A stretch of DNA of 64,000 bases. Origin: a virus. A program made the translations under genes and the position numbers. Below the pieces are notes generated by a model. The model searched no databases. It was not told the origin of the DNA and saw nothing but the letters and a program-made list of their open reading frames with translations. The first letter of the stretch is position 1; each line of letters starts with the position of its first letter. Location of the stretch: positions 9,586 to 73,585 of IMG/VR virus record IMGVR_UViG_3300027719_000003; one strand, given 5' to 3'. Shown here in pieces: positions 28,870 to 38,566 of this stretch.

Positions 28870-29930
28870 TCGTCTAGCTCCTTTCCACATGTAGGGCATG
28901 TCTTAGGTAGGGATGCTACAGCTTCAGTAAGCTCTGCCGTAGTGGTCTTTATGGCTCTTGTGGTATCCCTGTACTGCTCGATGCTATCCCGAAGAGAATC
29001 GATCTGCTGTTCGGCCTCCCTGTAGTATTCCTTCTTGGCCTCGATCTTCTTGATAACTCTTTCGGCGTAGTCGGTGCTTACTCCATTATCGATAATCTCC
29101 TTGGCTACATTATAGTTGTCGATGGAATTCTCAAGAGAAGCAATGGTCTTATTAACCTCAGCCAGTTCTCCAACGGATATATCAATGAGCTTTATGAGCT
29201 TCGCTGATCGATCTAAAACCCGTCTGTATTCTGGGAGTTTATCCATAGCAGAACGATAATCCCCAATGCTAACACGTAAGCTAGTGATTGTGGCATCAAG
29301 CTCATTGAGTGCCCCCTCCTTCTTCTTTATGATCTCGACAAGCTCTTCTGCACGGTCTAGCCACGAATAGCCCGCTATAGCGGTTTCTAGCCTCGCCAGC
29401 GCGTCCGCGCAATGTTCTGTATCAACCCTCGTCTTACGCTTCTTGGACTCAATGCTGGACATGTATCGGTCTATAGCGTCGAAGTGAACAATCTTATTAA
29501 AGAACCGCGCCACTTCCCCCGGCGTTTCACTAAGAAGGAACGGGGCGTCATGCTGGCGCTGGGTATTCACCTCCGTGAAGTTGATCGCCTTGTCTACTTC
29601 TTCGGGCACATCAAGGCCGATAGCCTCAAGCACCTTATCGTCAATGCTATAGGTGTTACCTGTAGTCACTGACTTGATGCGAGTGATGATGCCTGAATCC
29701 TTTACGAGAGAAGCGAGCGTATCGGAAGTCTGCTTCCCTTTTTCGTTCCTAGCCCAGTGGGACACGAAGGCATCCCCGGATGGCCGGTTATGCACCACCC
29801 AGTTTACTGCTCGGAGGATAGACGACTTACCGGAATTGGATGATCCGGTAATGACGTTGACTCCGGGATGCAGTTCTAGGGTTGTGTCCTTATGGGCTTG
29901 AAAGTTCTCTAGTCGTATCTCTTTTACCAC
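28854..29930 (-). CDS. SbcC/Rad50 N-terminal half ending at the CPTC zinc hook
   Basis: LENFQAH, Walker A GSSNSGKS, Q-loop, coiled coil, terminal CPTCG. Confidence 0.88.
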   Translation of the reverse strand: MVKEIRLENFQAHKDTTLELHPGVNVITGSSNSGKSSILRAVNWVVHNRPSGDAFVSHWARNEKGKQTSDTLASLVKDSGIITRIKSVTTGNTYSIDDKVLEAIGLDVPEEVDKAINFTEVNTQRQHDAPFLLSETPGEVARFFNKIVHFDAIDRYMSSIESKKRKTRVDTEHCADALARLETAIAGYSWLDRAEELVEIIKKKEGALNELDATITSLRVSIGDYRSAMDKLPEYRRVLDRSAKLIKLIDISVGELAEVNKTIASLENSIDNYNVAKEIIDNGVSTDYAERVIKKIEAKKEYYREAEQQIDSLRDSIEQYRDTTRAIKTTTAELTEAVASLPKTCPTCGKELDECDSL

Positions 29931-29945
29931 GTTACCTCCTTAAAC

Positions 29946-29977
29946 AAAAAGACTACAGGGCGCTATACCCTGTAGTC
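29946..29977 (-). terminator. Terminator-like hairpin directly downstream of the 29980-30008 promoter
   Basis: GACTACAGGG/CCCTGTAGTC 10-bp stem followed by TTTTT on the - strand. Confidence 0.65.
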
Positions 29978-29979
29978 AT

Positions 29980-30008
29980 AGTGTATCACATTATTCTACA
30001 GAAGTCAA
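29980..30008 (-). promoter_or_regulatory. Sigma70-type promoter
   Basis: TTGACT-17 bp-TACACT. Confidence 0.75.
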
Positions 30009-30694
30009 GCCCTACAACAATGCTCTGCATACATCTGTTGAATTTTATCAATCTGCACATGTTCCTGTCTATATTTTTTCCAGAAGTACATGTACGGAAC
30101 TCCAATTGTATCTGCCCATTGTGATAATGTCTTTGTTTCTCCATTAAATGTTACTAAAATGTTCGAACGTTTATTATTATTTTGTGTTTTGAAGGTCGCC
30201 CACCGGCAGTTTTCGGGCGTGTAGTCCCCATTTACATCTATTCGATCTACTGTCATCTTGTGGGGGCAATCCCCCATATCTTCCAAAAAATTTTCAAACT
30301 TGAGCCATCTATCACATATTTTAATACCCCGCCCCCCATAATCATCCCATGCAGAATTATGGGGGCACAGAGTTCGTTCTTTAATAGAACGCCATGCTCT
30401 ATATGTTTTAGATTGGCCATGAGCGGCGTATCCATGGGTTGTATTCACACGGAGTAACGCCGCCTTATTTACGCACCCACATGATGATGGATTTCCGTTA
30501 ATAATTGTAGAAAGCGTTGTTTCGTATATATTCCCACAAAAACACTTCACAGAGCACCTGATTCGACACCTAAGTCTGCCTCCACGTAAAATTCTATCCC
30601 TGTATACCCGCAAAATAGTTAGCCCATTAAAACATGCCCCGATATATGGGCTGTTCATATTCCCCTCTTTTGAGGGAGGTCTACCTGTTCTCAT
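30005..30694 (-). CDS. HNH homing endonuclease
   Basis: CFCG, SCGC, YGGRGIKICDRW, TVDRIDVNGDYTPENCRWAT. Confidence 0.9.
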   Translation of the reverse strand: MRTGRPPSKEGNMNSPYIGACFNGLTILRVYRDRILRGGRLRCRIRCSVKCFCGNIYETTLSTIINGNPSSCGCVNKAALLRVNTTHGYAAHGQSKTYRAWRSIKERTLCPHNSAWDDYGGRGIKICDRWLKFENFLEDMGDCPHKMTVDRIDVNGDYTPENCRWATFKTQNNNKRSNILVTFNGETKTLSQWADTIGVPYMYFWKKYRQEHVQIDKIQQMYAEHCCRA

Positions 30695-30697
30695 ACA

Positions 30698-32026
30698 CTA
30701 TTTCCCGTGACAATGTTTAAATTTCTTACCGCTAAGACAGGGGCAGGGCGCATTGCGATCAGCTTCCATCTTGATTCGCATGATCCGTAGCTTCTCCTCG
30801 GCCTTGAGGAATACAGCCTTCCACTGCTCACCTACCTGTTTCCACGTCCAGATTTCATTATAGGCACGTTCAGCTTTGGCACTAGCCTCTTCTGGGTGGT
30901 CATATATTTCCTCCAGTTTAATCGCCATATTATATATATCTACTGTAGGACGAAGGATGTTATTGTCCCCCGGCCCCATAAATGTAAATAAATTCTCTTC
31001 AGTGCCTGAGTCTATGAAGTACCCCCGTGCTTCATATTCACCGATCATTTCAGTGAGTGAAGTATTACGCGGGAATAGAAGAGGCTTCTTACACGCCGCG
31101 CCTTCAGAAAAGCTCAGGCCCCAACCCTCACCAACTGTCGTAGACACCACCACGTCACAAGCCCCATATATCTGATTGACTATCTCTATAGGATACCCCT
31201 GATTAGCCCCATAGGAACCGGGAGCAGGGCAAGCCCAATCCACATCCCACTTGAGGCCATAGTGTTCGGCGATCTCTACGAGGTTACCACCCACATCGTC
31301 CATTTGACACAGCATGAACAGGAACGAATCGGGGTGTTTCTCGTGAAACAATTTGAATCCGGCGAACGTGCGCCACAAATCCTTCCGTGGTTGGTTCCGG
31401 TTCACATTGAGTACAATGAATTTATCTTTGTGCGATGAGAAAAATTTATCACGGAATGACGTATCAGATGGCGGGAAGAAGATATCCTTATCGACACCGT
31501 GATAGATTACGTCCATATCCTTGAGCGTATCCATGATCTTCAGGCACTCGTTCTTGGCGTAGTTCGTATACGCCACCGGCACATCCATCTTGGCGACGAC
31601 ACCTTCTACCCACGACTTCTTCGGCGTACCGTCAATCGGGAAGTAGTGGATCATGGCGAACTTTTTCTCAAGCGGAAGCCCTTCCCTGACCTTGATAAGC
31701 GCGTCAATGAACGTCTGCACAATGAACGTATCCTGAATCATAAAGACCAGATCGAAGTGCCCTGTCCTCGCCATATCAACGAGAAGCTGACGCCCATAGA
31801 CATCCTTGTACCGCTCGTCATGCGTAAGAGCATTAGCGGCAGGATAGATGTCATAGGGGAACTTCACCCGGTCATACGGCGCACCAGAATGGTTAATGCC
31901 GACGAGAGTGAAGTCATACTTCCCTGTCTTATAGAGAACATTCAACAGATTCCTTGCTACCGTGGCGAACCCAGTCGCGGTAGTAGGAGAATCAGAGTAC
32001 CACAGAACCTTTAGCTTTTCACCCAC
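30698..32026 (-). CDS. GT4-family (GT-B) glycosyltransferase with C-terminal SEC-C zinc motif
   Basis: TGFATVA, IYHGVD, VNRNQPRKD, GEGWGLSFSEG; ends RNAPCPCLSGKKFKHCHGK. Confidence 0.9.
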   Translation of the reverse strand: MGEKLKVLWYSDSPTTATGFATVARNLLNVLYKTGKYDFTLVGINHSGAPYDRVKFPYDIYPAANALTHDERYKDVYGRQLLVDMARTGHFDLVFMIQDTFIVQTFIDALIKVREGLPLEKKFAMIHYFPIDGTPKKSWVEGVVAKMDVPVAYTNYAKNECLKIMDTLKDMDVIYHGVDKDIFFPPSDTSFRDKFFSSHKDKFIVLNVNRNQPRKDLWRTFAGFKLFHEKHPDSFLFMLCQMDDVGGNLVEIAEHYGLKWDVDWACPAPGSYGANQGYPIEIVNQIYGACDVVVSTTVGEGWGLSFSEGAACKKPLLFPRNTSLTEMIGEYEARGYFIDSGTEENLFTFMGPGDNNILRPTVDIYNMAIKLEEIYDHPEEASAKAERAYNEIWTWKQVGEQWKAVFLKAEEKLRIMRIKMEADRNAPCPCLSGKKFKHCHGK

Positions 32027-32366
32027 GCTTCTTGCCTCCCTTTGTAACTTTCTTTATTGGTGAATAGTCGCTCGTCACCAATGCCTGATGGAGTAGCTGT
32101 GCGAACCCATCCACAAAGCCCTCTTCCTCATTGAGATCATTCTGGCCCATGTGGTGCAGGATGAAATGGACTAGCTCATGGAGATAGGTCTCTTCAAGCT
32201 GAGACTGGATACGGGCAAAGCCATTCGCATTGCTCTGAATCGCTATGGTATTCGTAGCAAGCCGAGCCTCACCAAGCGTACCATTCTCTGCCCCTATGTG
32301 ATCCTCAAGAACCACATTGATCTTTTGCCCGTGTAGGAGAAACGATGCCGGAATCTTCATGCTCAT
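32019..32366 (-). CDS. Zincin-like metallopeptidase domain protein (ImmA/IrrE-like)
   Basis: ETYLHELVH HExxH, followed by NEEEGFVD. Confidence 0.75.
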   Translation of the reverse strand: MSMKIPASFLLHGQKINVVLEDHIGAENGTLGEARLATNTIAIQSNANGFARIQSQLEETYLHELVHFILHHMGQNDLNEEEGFVDGFAQLLHQALVTSDYSPIKKVTKGGKKRG

Positions 32367-32377
32367 TCAATGCCTCC

Positions 32378-33061
32378 TTAATTTCGACTCAGCGTACCTC
32401 GTGCATACGGGTCTCTGCTGGTTTCTTCTCCCGGCATACCACCCCATATATCCTTGTAGATCGCCCCATGATGCGGGAAAACAATGTCATTCACCCTGCG
32501 TGCTACTGGATCGTTCTTTATCGTGTGGCTCCCTTCATGTAGTACCAGATCATTCTCCGTATGGTAGATCGTCCAACCCCTAAGCTCCATCAGCCTGTGC
32601 ATCGAGTTATCCATATAGTACATTGGGTACAGGATGGGGTTATGCCACACATTCTCCGTGAAAAAGAACTCAGGATTCCATAATACAAAGGCATCTCCGT
32701 TATTGTGCCCGAGCATTATAGCCGCCCACCTAGGATCATTATACTGAACTTCGTTCCACTTGTCAAGTATTTCCTGCAAGGCACCCGGATGAAGCATGGC
32801 ATCATTGTGAAGAGACATACAGAAGGCATCCTTGACCCGTCTGGTCTGTCGAATCATCCAATTGATAGACTGCCCATGGAGAAGGCGCACCGGCATATTG
32901 ATGACATCAGCCCGCATCTCGCCTATAGGGGCTTCGGTGTTATTGATGACCACCAGCTTGGCCTCATGCTCAGTTCGCCCGATCTCATCCCAAAAGGATT
33001 TGATGGCCCGTTCAGTTAGCTGAAGATCACCACCGCAGGGGATGTAGCATGTTACTTTCAC
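32378..33061 (-). CDS. Putative GT2/GT-A glycosyltransferase
   Basis: VTCYIP, LVVINN, SINW, LHND, YPMYYMDN, VLHEGS follow the GT2 pattern. Confidence 0.7.
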   Translation of the reverse strand: MKVTCYIPCGGDLQLTERAIKSFWDEIGRTEHEAKLVVINNTEAPIGEMRADVINMPVRLLHGQSINWMIRQTRRVKDAFCMSLHNDAMLHPGALQEILDKWNEVQYNDPRWAAIMLGHNNGDAFVLWNPEFFFTENVWHNPILYPMYYMDNSMHRLMELRGWTIYHTENDLVLHEGSHTIKNDPVARRVNDIVFPHHGAIYKDIWGGMPGEETSRDPYARGTLSRN

Positions 33062-34056
33062 AGGATTCCCGCCTTTTCTATCAACTGAATAGTCTCCTCA
33101 TCCGAGAGACGTTTGGTGTTTTCAGAAGTAAGCCCTTCTGGGAATTTCATGCACCCTTCATTCGGGAAAGATGGGTATAAAGCCCACTCATGCTTTGACA
33201 CAATCTCTACCCACCTAGAATCACGGCAGTGTACACAACGCTCCCCCTCCTCTGAAGTAATTAGCGTTTCGTGTATTTTCTCTCCCGGACGTGGCCCTAT
33301 TACTTTTATGTCAATTTTAGCTGTATCTGCAATTATAGCCGCCACTGCATAGGCCACATCTATAATCTCTGAGGCGGGGGCATTGTATACATAGGTACTT
33401 CCATTACTTCCGTACTCCAGCGCATATTCCACAAGTTCTACGGCTTCTTGCAGTGTCATCATAAAGCGGGTCATTTTTCCATTAGTAATGGTAACTGGGG
33501 CACACTCCCTGATCTGCTGTTCAAATCTAGGGATAACTGATCCTCTTGACCCCATAACATTACCGTACCGCGTTATACAGATTGTTGTTCCGTAGGCATC
33601 AGCCTTCTTAGCCACCGCAAGCCCCAGCTTTTCCATGAGTGCCTTCGTCATCCCCATGGTATTGACAGGCATAACGGCCTTATCTGTACTCAGCAGAACA
33701 AGATTATCCACCCCCGCCTTTACTGCCGAATTGATGACGTTAGCTGATCCAAGCACATTCGTAGCGAATGCCTCTTCCGGGTGCTCCTCACACGACGGCA
33801 CTTGCTTCATAGCGGCGGCATGGAACACAGCATCGATGTCCTTCATCGCCGCATCTACACTAACGCGATTCCGTACATCCCCTATGACATACGTTATACG
33901 TGGATCATCATAAAGGTTCTTCATATCGTCCTGCTTCTTTTCATCCCGACTGAAGATACGAATTTCTTTCAGATCAGAACGTAGAAGCATTCTCTTGAGC
34001 ATGGCATTCCCAAAGGAACCTGTGCCCCCCGTGATTAGCAGTCTAGTCACAACCAC
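33058..34056 (-). CDS. UDP-GlcNAc 4,6-dehydratase/epimerase (FnlA/CapE/WbjB-like SDR)
   Basis: ITGGTGSFG, SRDEKKQDDM, HAAAMKQVPSCE, STDKAV, TRYGNVMGSRGSVIP, RPGEKIHE. Confidence 0.92.
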   Translation of the reverse strand: MVVTRLLITGGTGSFGNAMLKRMLLRSDLKEIRIFSRDEKKQDDMKNLYDDPRITYVIGDVRNRVSVDAAMKDIDAVFHAAAMKQVPSCEEHPEEAFATNVLGSANVINSAVKAGVDNLVLLSTDKAVMPVNTMGMTKALMEKLGLAVAKKADAYGTTICITRYGNVMGSRGSVIPRFEQQIRECAPVTITNGKMTRFMMTLQEAVELVEYALEYGSNGSTYVYNAPASEIIDVAYAVAAIIADTAKIDIKVIGPRPGEKIHETLITSEEGERCVHCRDSRWVEIVSKHEWALYPSFPNEGCMKFPEGLTSENTKRLSDEETIQLIEKAGIL

Positions 34057-34916
34057 TCCTTTCCGTATATCGGAATATAACGTTCTTTATTCTTAACCAT
34101 ATAGTTATAGAGATCACCGAGCTGGGTGAAGATATCGGGGGACGCAAAATCAGGTACTAGCGTCTTGTCACTATGCTCTTCAGCCCGGTCTATGATCGGT
34201 ACACTCTTCTTCCAGATGCCGCTAATGAAGGCAAGGATCATGCTCTTCGATACAGTGTCAGAGGCGAGCTGAACTATACCTGATGACATCCCCGGCCCAT
34301 CCTCACCAATCTCCATGCGAACATCATCCTTAATCTGCTTGAGGATAAAGTTAGCCAACGTCAGCGTCGTCACTCCATTCCAGAATACATTTGTATATCC
34401 ATTAACCTTTTCATTCTGGTGCATAAACCAGTTAAAGAGACCAACGCCACCAGCACGAAGCTCAGGGCCAATAACAGAAGTACGAATGGTAAGGTGCTTC
34501 GGGCTATCCACTTCCCCGAGTATCTTGGACTGACCGTAGACTGAAGTAGCATCCGGCTTGTCCTTGGTGGTATACTTCCCCCTAGTACCTTCAAAGACAC
34601 AATCGGTAGAGATATGAATGAGCTTCGCCTTAATCTGTACAATCTGAGAAGCAATGGAGAATGGAAGGTGCCCATTCGTCCATATAGCCAAATCAGGGTT
34701 AGCATCACAGTCCTTCGGCAGAAGCCCAATGCAATTCACCACATACTTCGGCCAAAGAGACATAAGCGGCTGGCGGCCATCATAGAACACTTCATTACCC
34801 TGTGGCCGTCTATTAAGACGTAGTACCTCAAACTCGCCAGACTTCTCCAGCACGTCAGCCACAATGTGACCGACCATGCCGTTTGATCCCAGTACCAATA
34901 CCCTAGGACGCTCCAT
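34047..34916 (-). CDS. NDP-4-keto-6-deoxysugar reductase (RmlD-like SDR)
   Basis: LGSNGMVG, HISTDCVF, YGQSK (YxxxK), IRTSVIG. Confidence 0.9.
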   Translation of the reverse strand: MERPRVLVLGSNGMVGHIVADVLEKSGEFEVLRLNRRPQGNEVFYDGRQPLMSLWPKYVVNCIGLLPKDCDANPDLAIWTNGHLPFSIASQIVQIKAKLIHISTDCVFEGTRGKYTTKDKPDATSVYGQSKILGEVDSPKHLTIRTSVIGPELRAGGVGLFNWFMHQNEKVNGYTNVFWNGVTTLTLANFILKQIKDDVRMEIGEDGPGMSSGIVQLASDTVSKSMILAFISGIWKKSVPIIDRAEEHSDKTLVPDFASPDIFTQLGDLYNYMVKNKERYIPIYGKEWL

Positions 34917-35400
34917 CGTTAGCTCTCCTTACCAGCTTTTCAAACGTATCCCACGCCATAATGACGAGGGTTTCTGATATCGCTTTCTTGTTATGAACTA
35001 TCAACCAATCGGTATCCTTGTACATATTGCTCTTAGCTTGATCTACCGTGTCCTTGAGGTTCAGGGATTCACATGCCTTGCACTCCACCGAGAAGGGGAA
35101 GCGCTTTACAGCCTCTCCCCGTAGGACAATATCAGTTCCGGCTTGTCCCATCTCCCGTGAATGGATATCGCAGGTATCATCAGACTGCTCATACGGGATG
35201 CCGGTGATATCAGATATCTTTCGGCACACCCACTGCTGTAGATTACGCCCCTTGGCCTTGGCGCTAGATGTAGTAATCTTCTTCTGGGTCTTCTGAAACT
35301 TATGAATCAGGGTATCAAGGGCGGCACTGGGGGCAATCTCATTAAGGCTTTGAAGCATTTCTATATCGGCAGTATCTATTGTAACCCACTTCTTACTCAT
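34903..35400 (-). CDS. Holliday junction resolvase-like PD-(D/E)xK nuclease
   Basis: SAKAKGRNLQQWV, GTDI, SVECK. Confidence 0.8.
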   Translation of the reverse strand: MSKKWVTIDTADIEMLQSLNEIAPSAALDTLIHKFQKTQKKITTSSAKAKGRNLQQWVCRKISDITGIPYEQSDDTCDIHSREMGQAGTDIVLRGEAVKRFPFSVECKACESLNLKDTVDQAKSNMYKDTDWLIVHNKKAISETLVIMAWDTFEKLVRRANDGAS

Positions 35401-36502
35401 CCTCTACCCCGAACTTCTTGGGCCTTACCTCAGTGATACTATCCTCAATCTCTTCCCACGAGGCTATAACCCGTCGTTTCAGTTCCCCTTTGAGCTTATT
35501 TTCTTCCACGAAAGTGATAAGTTCCTCGCGGCTCATCGGCTCCTTGCCGTCTTCCCAAATGATAGACTTGGAGCTTTTCAGAAGCTCACCAGTCTTATCA
35601 GAACGGAGATTGAACAGGAAGTCTATGTTCGCCGCCACATCATCCATGCCATACGTGAAATTGATCGGAATGAAACAGCTACGGAACGGGCGGGGGTGCC
35701 TAACCTTCTCAGCAGTGGTCTCAATCAGTACACCAATAGCACGGCCCTTACGCTCTTCCTTTTCCTTGAGCTTACTATAGATACGGGCAGTCTCATAGAA
35801 CCCCACAGCACGTCCACCACCGAGGCGATTCTTCTTGCCATACATACCGGCGTTAGCGTTGTCACGTTCCTGTGATATGATATAAAGTAGAGCGTTCTTT
35901 TCGGCTAACTTCGCAGATAGGCCACGGAACATCTCTTGGCTGAGGAATTTTGCGGCGGACATGTTGTAGGAACCTTCATCAAATTCCTTATCCTTGTCAT
36001 ACGCCGCATGACGCTTATCCTTGCGGGCTTCAAGCTCATCGGAACCCAACGCATCCAATGAGTCCAGAACATATATACCGCACTCATCTTCTTTCAGACT
36101 ATCAAGGAACTTATTGACATCATATTCCCACTTCTCTACCGTCTGGGGCATCTCATCCCGGTTCATCTTGCTCGTAGGTATGATCTCAAAGCCATAGAGT
36201 CCTACACTGTCTATCGTGTTGCCGAATTCCACATCGGCATACTTCCACTTAAATTTGTCCTTATACTTATAGTAATTCGCCGCGATCATTTCTACGGCTT
36301 TAAATGTCTTCGTCGAACTAGAACCACCCCAGTCCCGTACTATAGTTCCGGCTTCATACCCCATGCCGTAGCCAGCCTTCTCCCCGCCACCCACGACAAG
36401 ATCAAGCAAGGTACTTCCTGTGGAGAAATACAACCCACGCTTCGGCACCTCTATCTGCTTCTTAGCCAATATCGTCTCCTTTATACTTGCAAGGTTCAAC
36501 AT
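35393..36502 (-). CDS. RecA/UvsX-like recombinase
   Basis: STGSTLLDL, degenerate Walker A GGSSSTKT, VLDSLDAL, ISQER, GGRAVGFY. Confidence 0.88.
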   Translation of the reverse strand: MLNLASIKETILAKKQIEVPKRGLYFSTGSTLLDLVVGGGEKAGYGMGYEAGTIVRDWGGSSSTKTFKAVEMIAANYYKYKDKFKWKYADVEFGNTIDSVGLYGFEIIPTSKMNRDEMPQTVEKWEYDVNKFLDSLKEDECGIYVLDSLDALGSDELEARKDKRHAAYDKDKEFDEGSYNMSAAKFLSQEMFRGLSAKLAEKNALLYIISQERDNANAGMYGKKNRLGGGRAVGFYETARIYSKLKEKEERKGRAIGVLIETTAEKVRHPRPFRSCFIPINFTYGMDDVAANIDFLFNLRSDKTGELLKSSKSIIWEDGKEPMSREELITFVEENKLKGELKRRVIASWEEIEDSITEVRPKKFGVEDE

Positions 36503-36516
36503 ACCATCCTTTGAAA

Positions 36517-36558
36517 CAAAAACTGCACAGTAGCATACGACATGATACCGTGCAGTTC
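36517..36558 (-). terminator. Intrinsic terminator after the SSB gene
   Basis: AACTGCAC...GTGCAGTT stem with TTTT on the - strand. Confidence 0.65.
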
Positions 36559-36567
36559 TATTGTTAC

Positions 36568-37608
36568 TTACTTAGCGGCGCGAGCACAATCCTTCCACTT
36601 TCCGGGAGGGCAATCGTTCTTGCACTCATCGAATTCGTCATTGTCCTTGCCGAACCTGTGACCATACGGGCAGGGATTTTCCTCCTTGTCCTTGGCGGGG
36701 GGTTCATCTTCATCGTCATCGCCCTTCTTGGCGCGAGTACGTGCAGGAGGGGTCTCATCTTCTTCTACCGCCTTACCCTTAGCGGTGTTGTCAAAAGGGA
36801 TATCGTCCTCGTCGTCATCCTTGGCAGAGCGGCGAGGGGCTTCCTCATCTTTCTTCGACCTAGCGGGAGCCTCGTCCTCATCGTCATCCGAGCCGTTCAT
36901 AATCTCCATCATTTCGGCGGGCGTATACAGGATCATAAGCTCATCGAAAGAGATAGCGTTCGCGGCGGCTTTCTTCACTGGCTTCTCACGATCAAGGAAC
37001 TGGAAGTCCTTCGGCTCCTGTGTCACCTTCCCCATGAACTTATTCGGAGAGCCACGGAACTTGACGGTTTTACCCTTGTCCAGATCAGCGAACGGAATAA
37101 TCGATTTGCCTTCAGAATTATACCGAGCAGACTCAATCAGTTCCTTCTCGAACTTGAAGTGGGACTGATCCAGTACCAGCACCTCATTGGGGTCATCGGC
37201 CAGCAAATCCCGCACGTTGTACATCACACGGCGCTTAGCCCTGTATGCATCGTACTCGTCCTTCTTCCCGTCTTCTTTGTACTCTTCGGCCTGATCGCAA
37301 CAAGGACAGGGCTTACCATAAGTTTTCTTCAGGCAGATAATGTCCGTCTCGCTCGGGCCTATGTTCTTGTGTACCCACACATCGAAGACATAATCTTCAT
37401 CTCCGATTTCAAGAACGCCGCGTTTGACAAGGGGGTGATTCTTCGACTTCACCGCGAAGGGAAGAATATCGATTTTGTTCACACCCTCCTTGATCTTATA
37501 GAACTTCGGGCGCTCATCCAGCTTCGTCCAATCAAGGATGCCATTGCGGGAAGAACCGCCGTCATTCCGGCTATCATACGACTCGCTGTACCTCTTATCC
37601 ATACCCAT
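36568..37608 (-). CDS. Single-stranded DNA-binding protein, T4 gp32-like
   Basis: IDILPF, H...C...CPCC zinc site, long acidic tail; next to RecA and a UvsY-like gene. Confidence 0.75.
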   Translation of the reverse strand: MGMDKRYSESYDSRNDGGSSRNGILDWTKLDERPKFYKIKEGVNKIDILPFAVKSKNHPLVKRGVLEIGDEDYVFDVWVHKNIGPSETDIICLKKTYGKPCPCCDQAEEYKEDGKKDEYDAYRAKRRVMYNVRDLLADDPNEVLVLDQSHFKFEKELIESARYNSEGKSIIPFADLDKGKTVKFRGSPNKFMGKVTQEPKDFQFLDREKPVKKAAANAISFDELMILYTPAEMMEIMNGSDDDEDEAPARSKKDEEAPRRSAKDDDEDDIPFDNTAKGKAVEEDETPPARTRAKKGDDDEDEPPAKDKEENPCPYGHRFGKDNDEFDECKNDCPPGKWKDCARAAK

Positions 37609-37610
37609 AC

Positions 37611-38075
37611 TTACTCATCCCTTCCTTTCTTCTCGTTGAGGCCCCTACGAACCTCATCGCTTCCATCCTTGCGGACACCGTTATAGTAGTCCTTGCTCCA
37701 CATAGAAACCAGATTATCAAGCATCCCCTTGCGATGGTCTAGGGCAGTCGTAGCCGCATAGAGGATGTCCACCTTAGCCTGAGCCTTACGAAGCGCTTCA
37801 CGGGCCGTCAGCACCTCGGTATCCTGCACCAGCAGGGCGGTAACGACAGCTTCCGTTACCTTCATATCATCCGGGGGATTCCGGCGTATATATATCTCAC
37901 GCTGGCCGAGTATAAGCTCTAGCTTGTCCTTGCACGCATCCCGCTCGGCCCTCGCATTGGCCTGTTCCTCGGCGTAGAAATGGTAGAGACTCGGCTGAAG
38001 TTCACAATCCTCATCGAGCTGGAAACGGTTGATCTTTACATCTTCCGCGAAATCGTCACCAAACGTAATGCTCAT
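37611..38075 (-). CDS. Putative recombination mediator (UvsY-like)
   Basis: Helical, KVTEAVV...ALDHRKGML pattern; synteny. Confidence 0.6.
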   Translation of the reverse strand: MSITFGDDFAEDVKINRFQLDEDCELQPSLYHFYAEEQANARAERDACKDKLELILGQREIYIRRNPPDDMKVTEAVVTALLVQDTEVLTAREALRKAQAKVDILYAATTALDHRKGMLDNLVSMWSKDYYNGVRKDGSDEVRRGLNEKKGRDE

Positions 38076-38078
38076 ATA

Positions 38079-38276
38079 CTACCTCTCATTGAGATCCCAG
38101 ATAATAAGTATGACTATCAGAAATAGTATACCCAGTATGGTCGAGAAGATAAGGGGGCTAAGTACCCAGAACCACGACCAGTGTATGATGCCTCCCAGTT
38201 TAAGGCCAATGAACAGAACAGTAAGCAGTCCTGAAAAACCAATGCCCCCTGTGGAGACTTGCCTAGAATCGCTCAT
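38079..38276 (-). CDS. Small membrane protein (GGIGF...LKL...WSWFWVLSP family)
   Basis: Recognisable 2-TM phage family. Confidence 0.75.
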   Translation of the reverse strand: MSDSRQVSTGGIGFSGLLTVLFIGLKLGGIIHWSWFWVLSPLIFSTILGILFLIVILIIWDLNER

Positions 38277-38566
38277 TCATCCTCCTCCATGTAATCGTCA
38301 TCATCATAATCGAGGAAGTCAGCATCGTACTCATCCTCGATTTCCGCATCCAACGCTCGCCGCTCCTCTTCGGGGTCAAAGCAATCGGCACATACCATAC
38401 TCGCTACCCCCCATCCATCTGCCTCAAGGGCCTCCTCTATTGCTTGTTCTATCGACATAGGGTTAATACCACTAAACGATACCATATGTTTCACACCACA
38501 CCGTGAGCACTCTACCGGGGCTTCCCCTTCAAAGCAATACCGTTCTGGAATCATTATAGCCCCCAC
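38273..38566 (-). CDS. Zn-ribbon protein with acidic tail
   Basis: CSRC...CADC; D/E-rich C-terminus. Confidence 0.65.
   Translation of the reverse strand: MGAIMIPERYCFEGEAPVECSRCGVKHMVSFSGINPMSIEQAIEEALEADGWGVASMVCADCFDPEEERRALDAEIEDEYDADFLDYDDDDYMEEDE

Noticed and set aside
36487-37686. 399-aa + strand ORF
   Set aside because: Antisense shadow of the gp32-like SSB gene; no RBS or recognisable motifs, and it arises from that gene's codon bias
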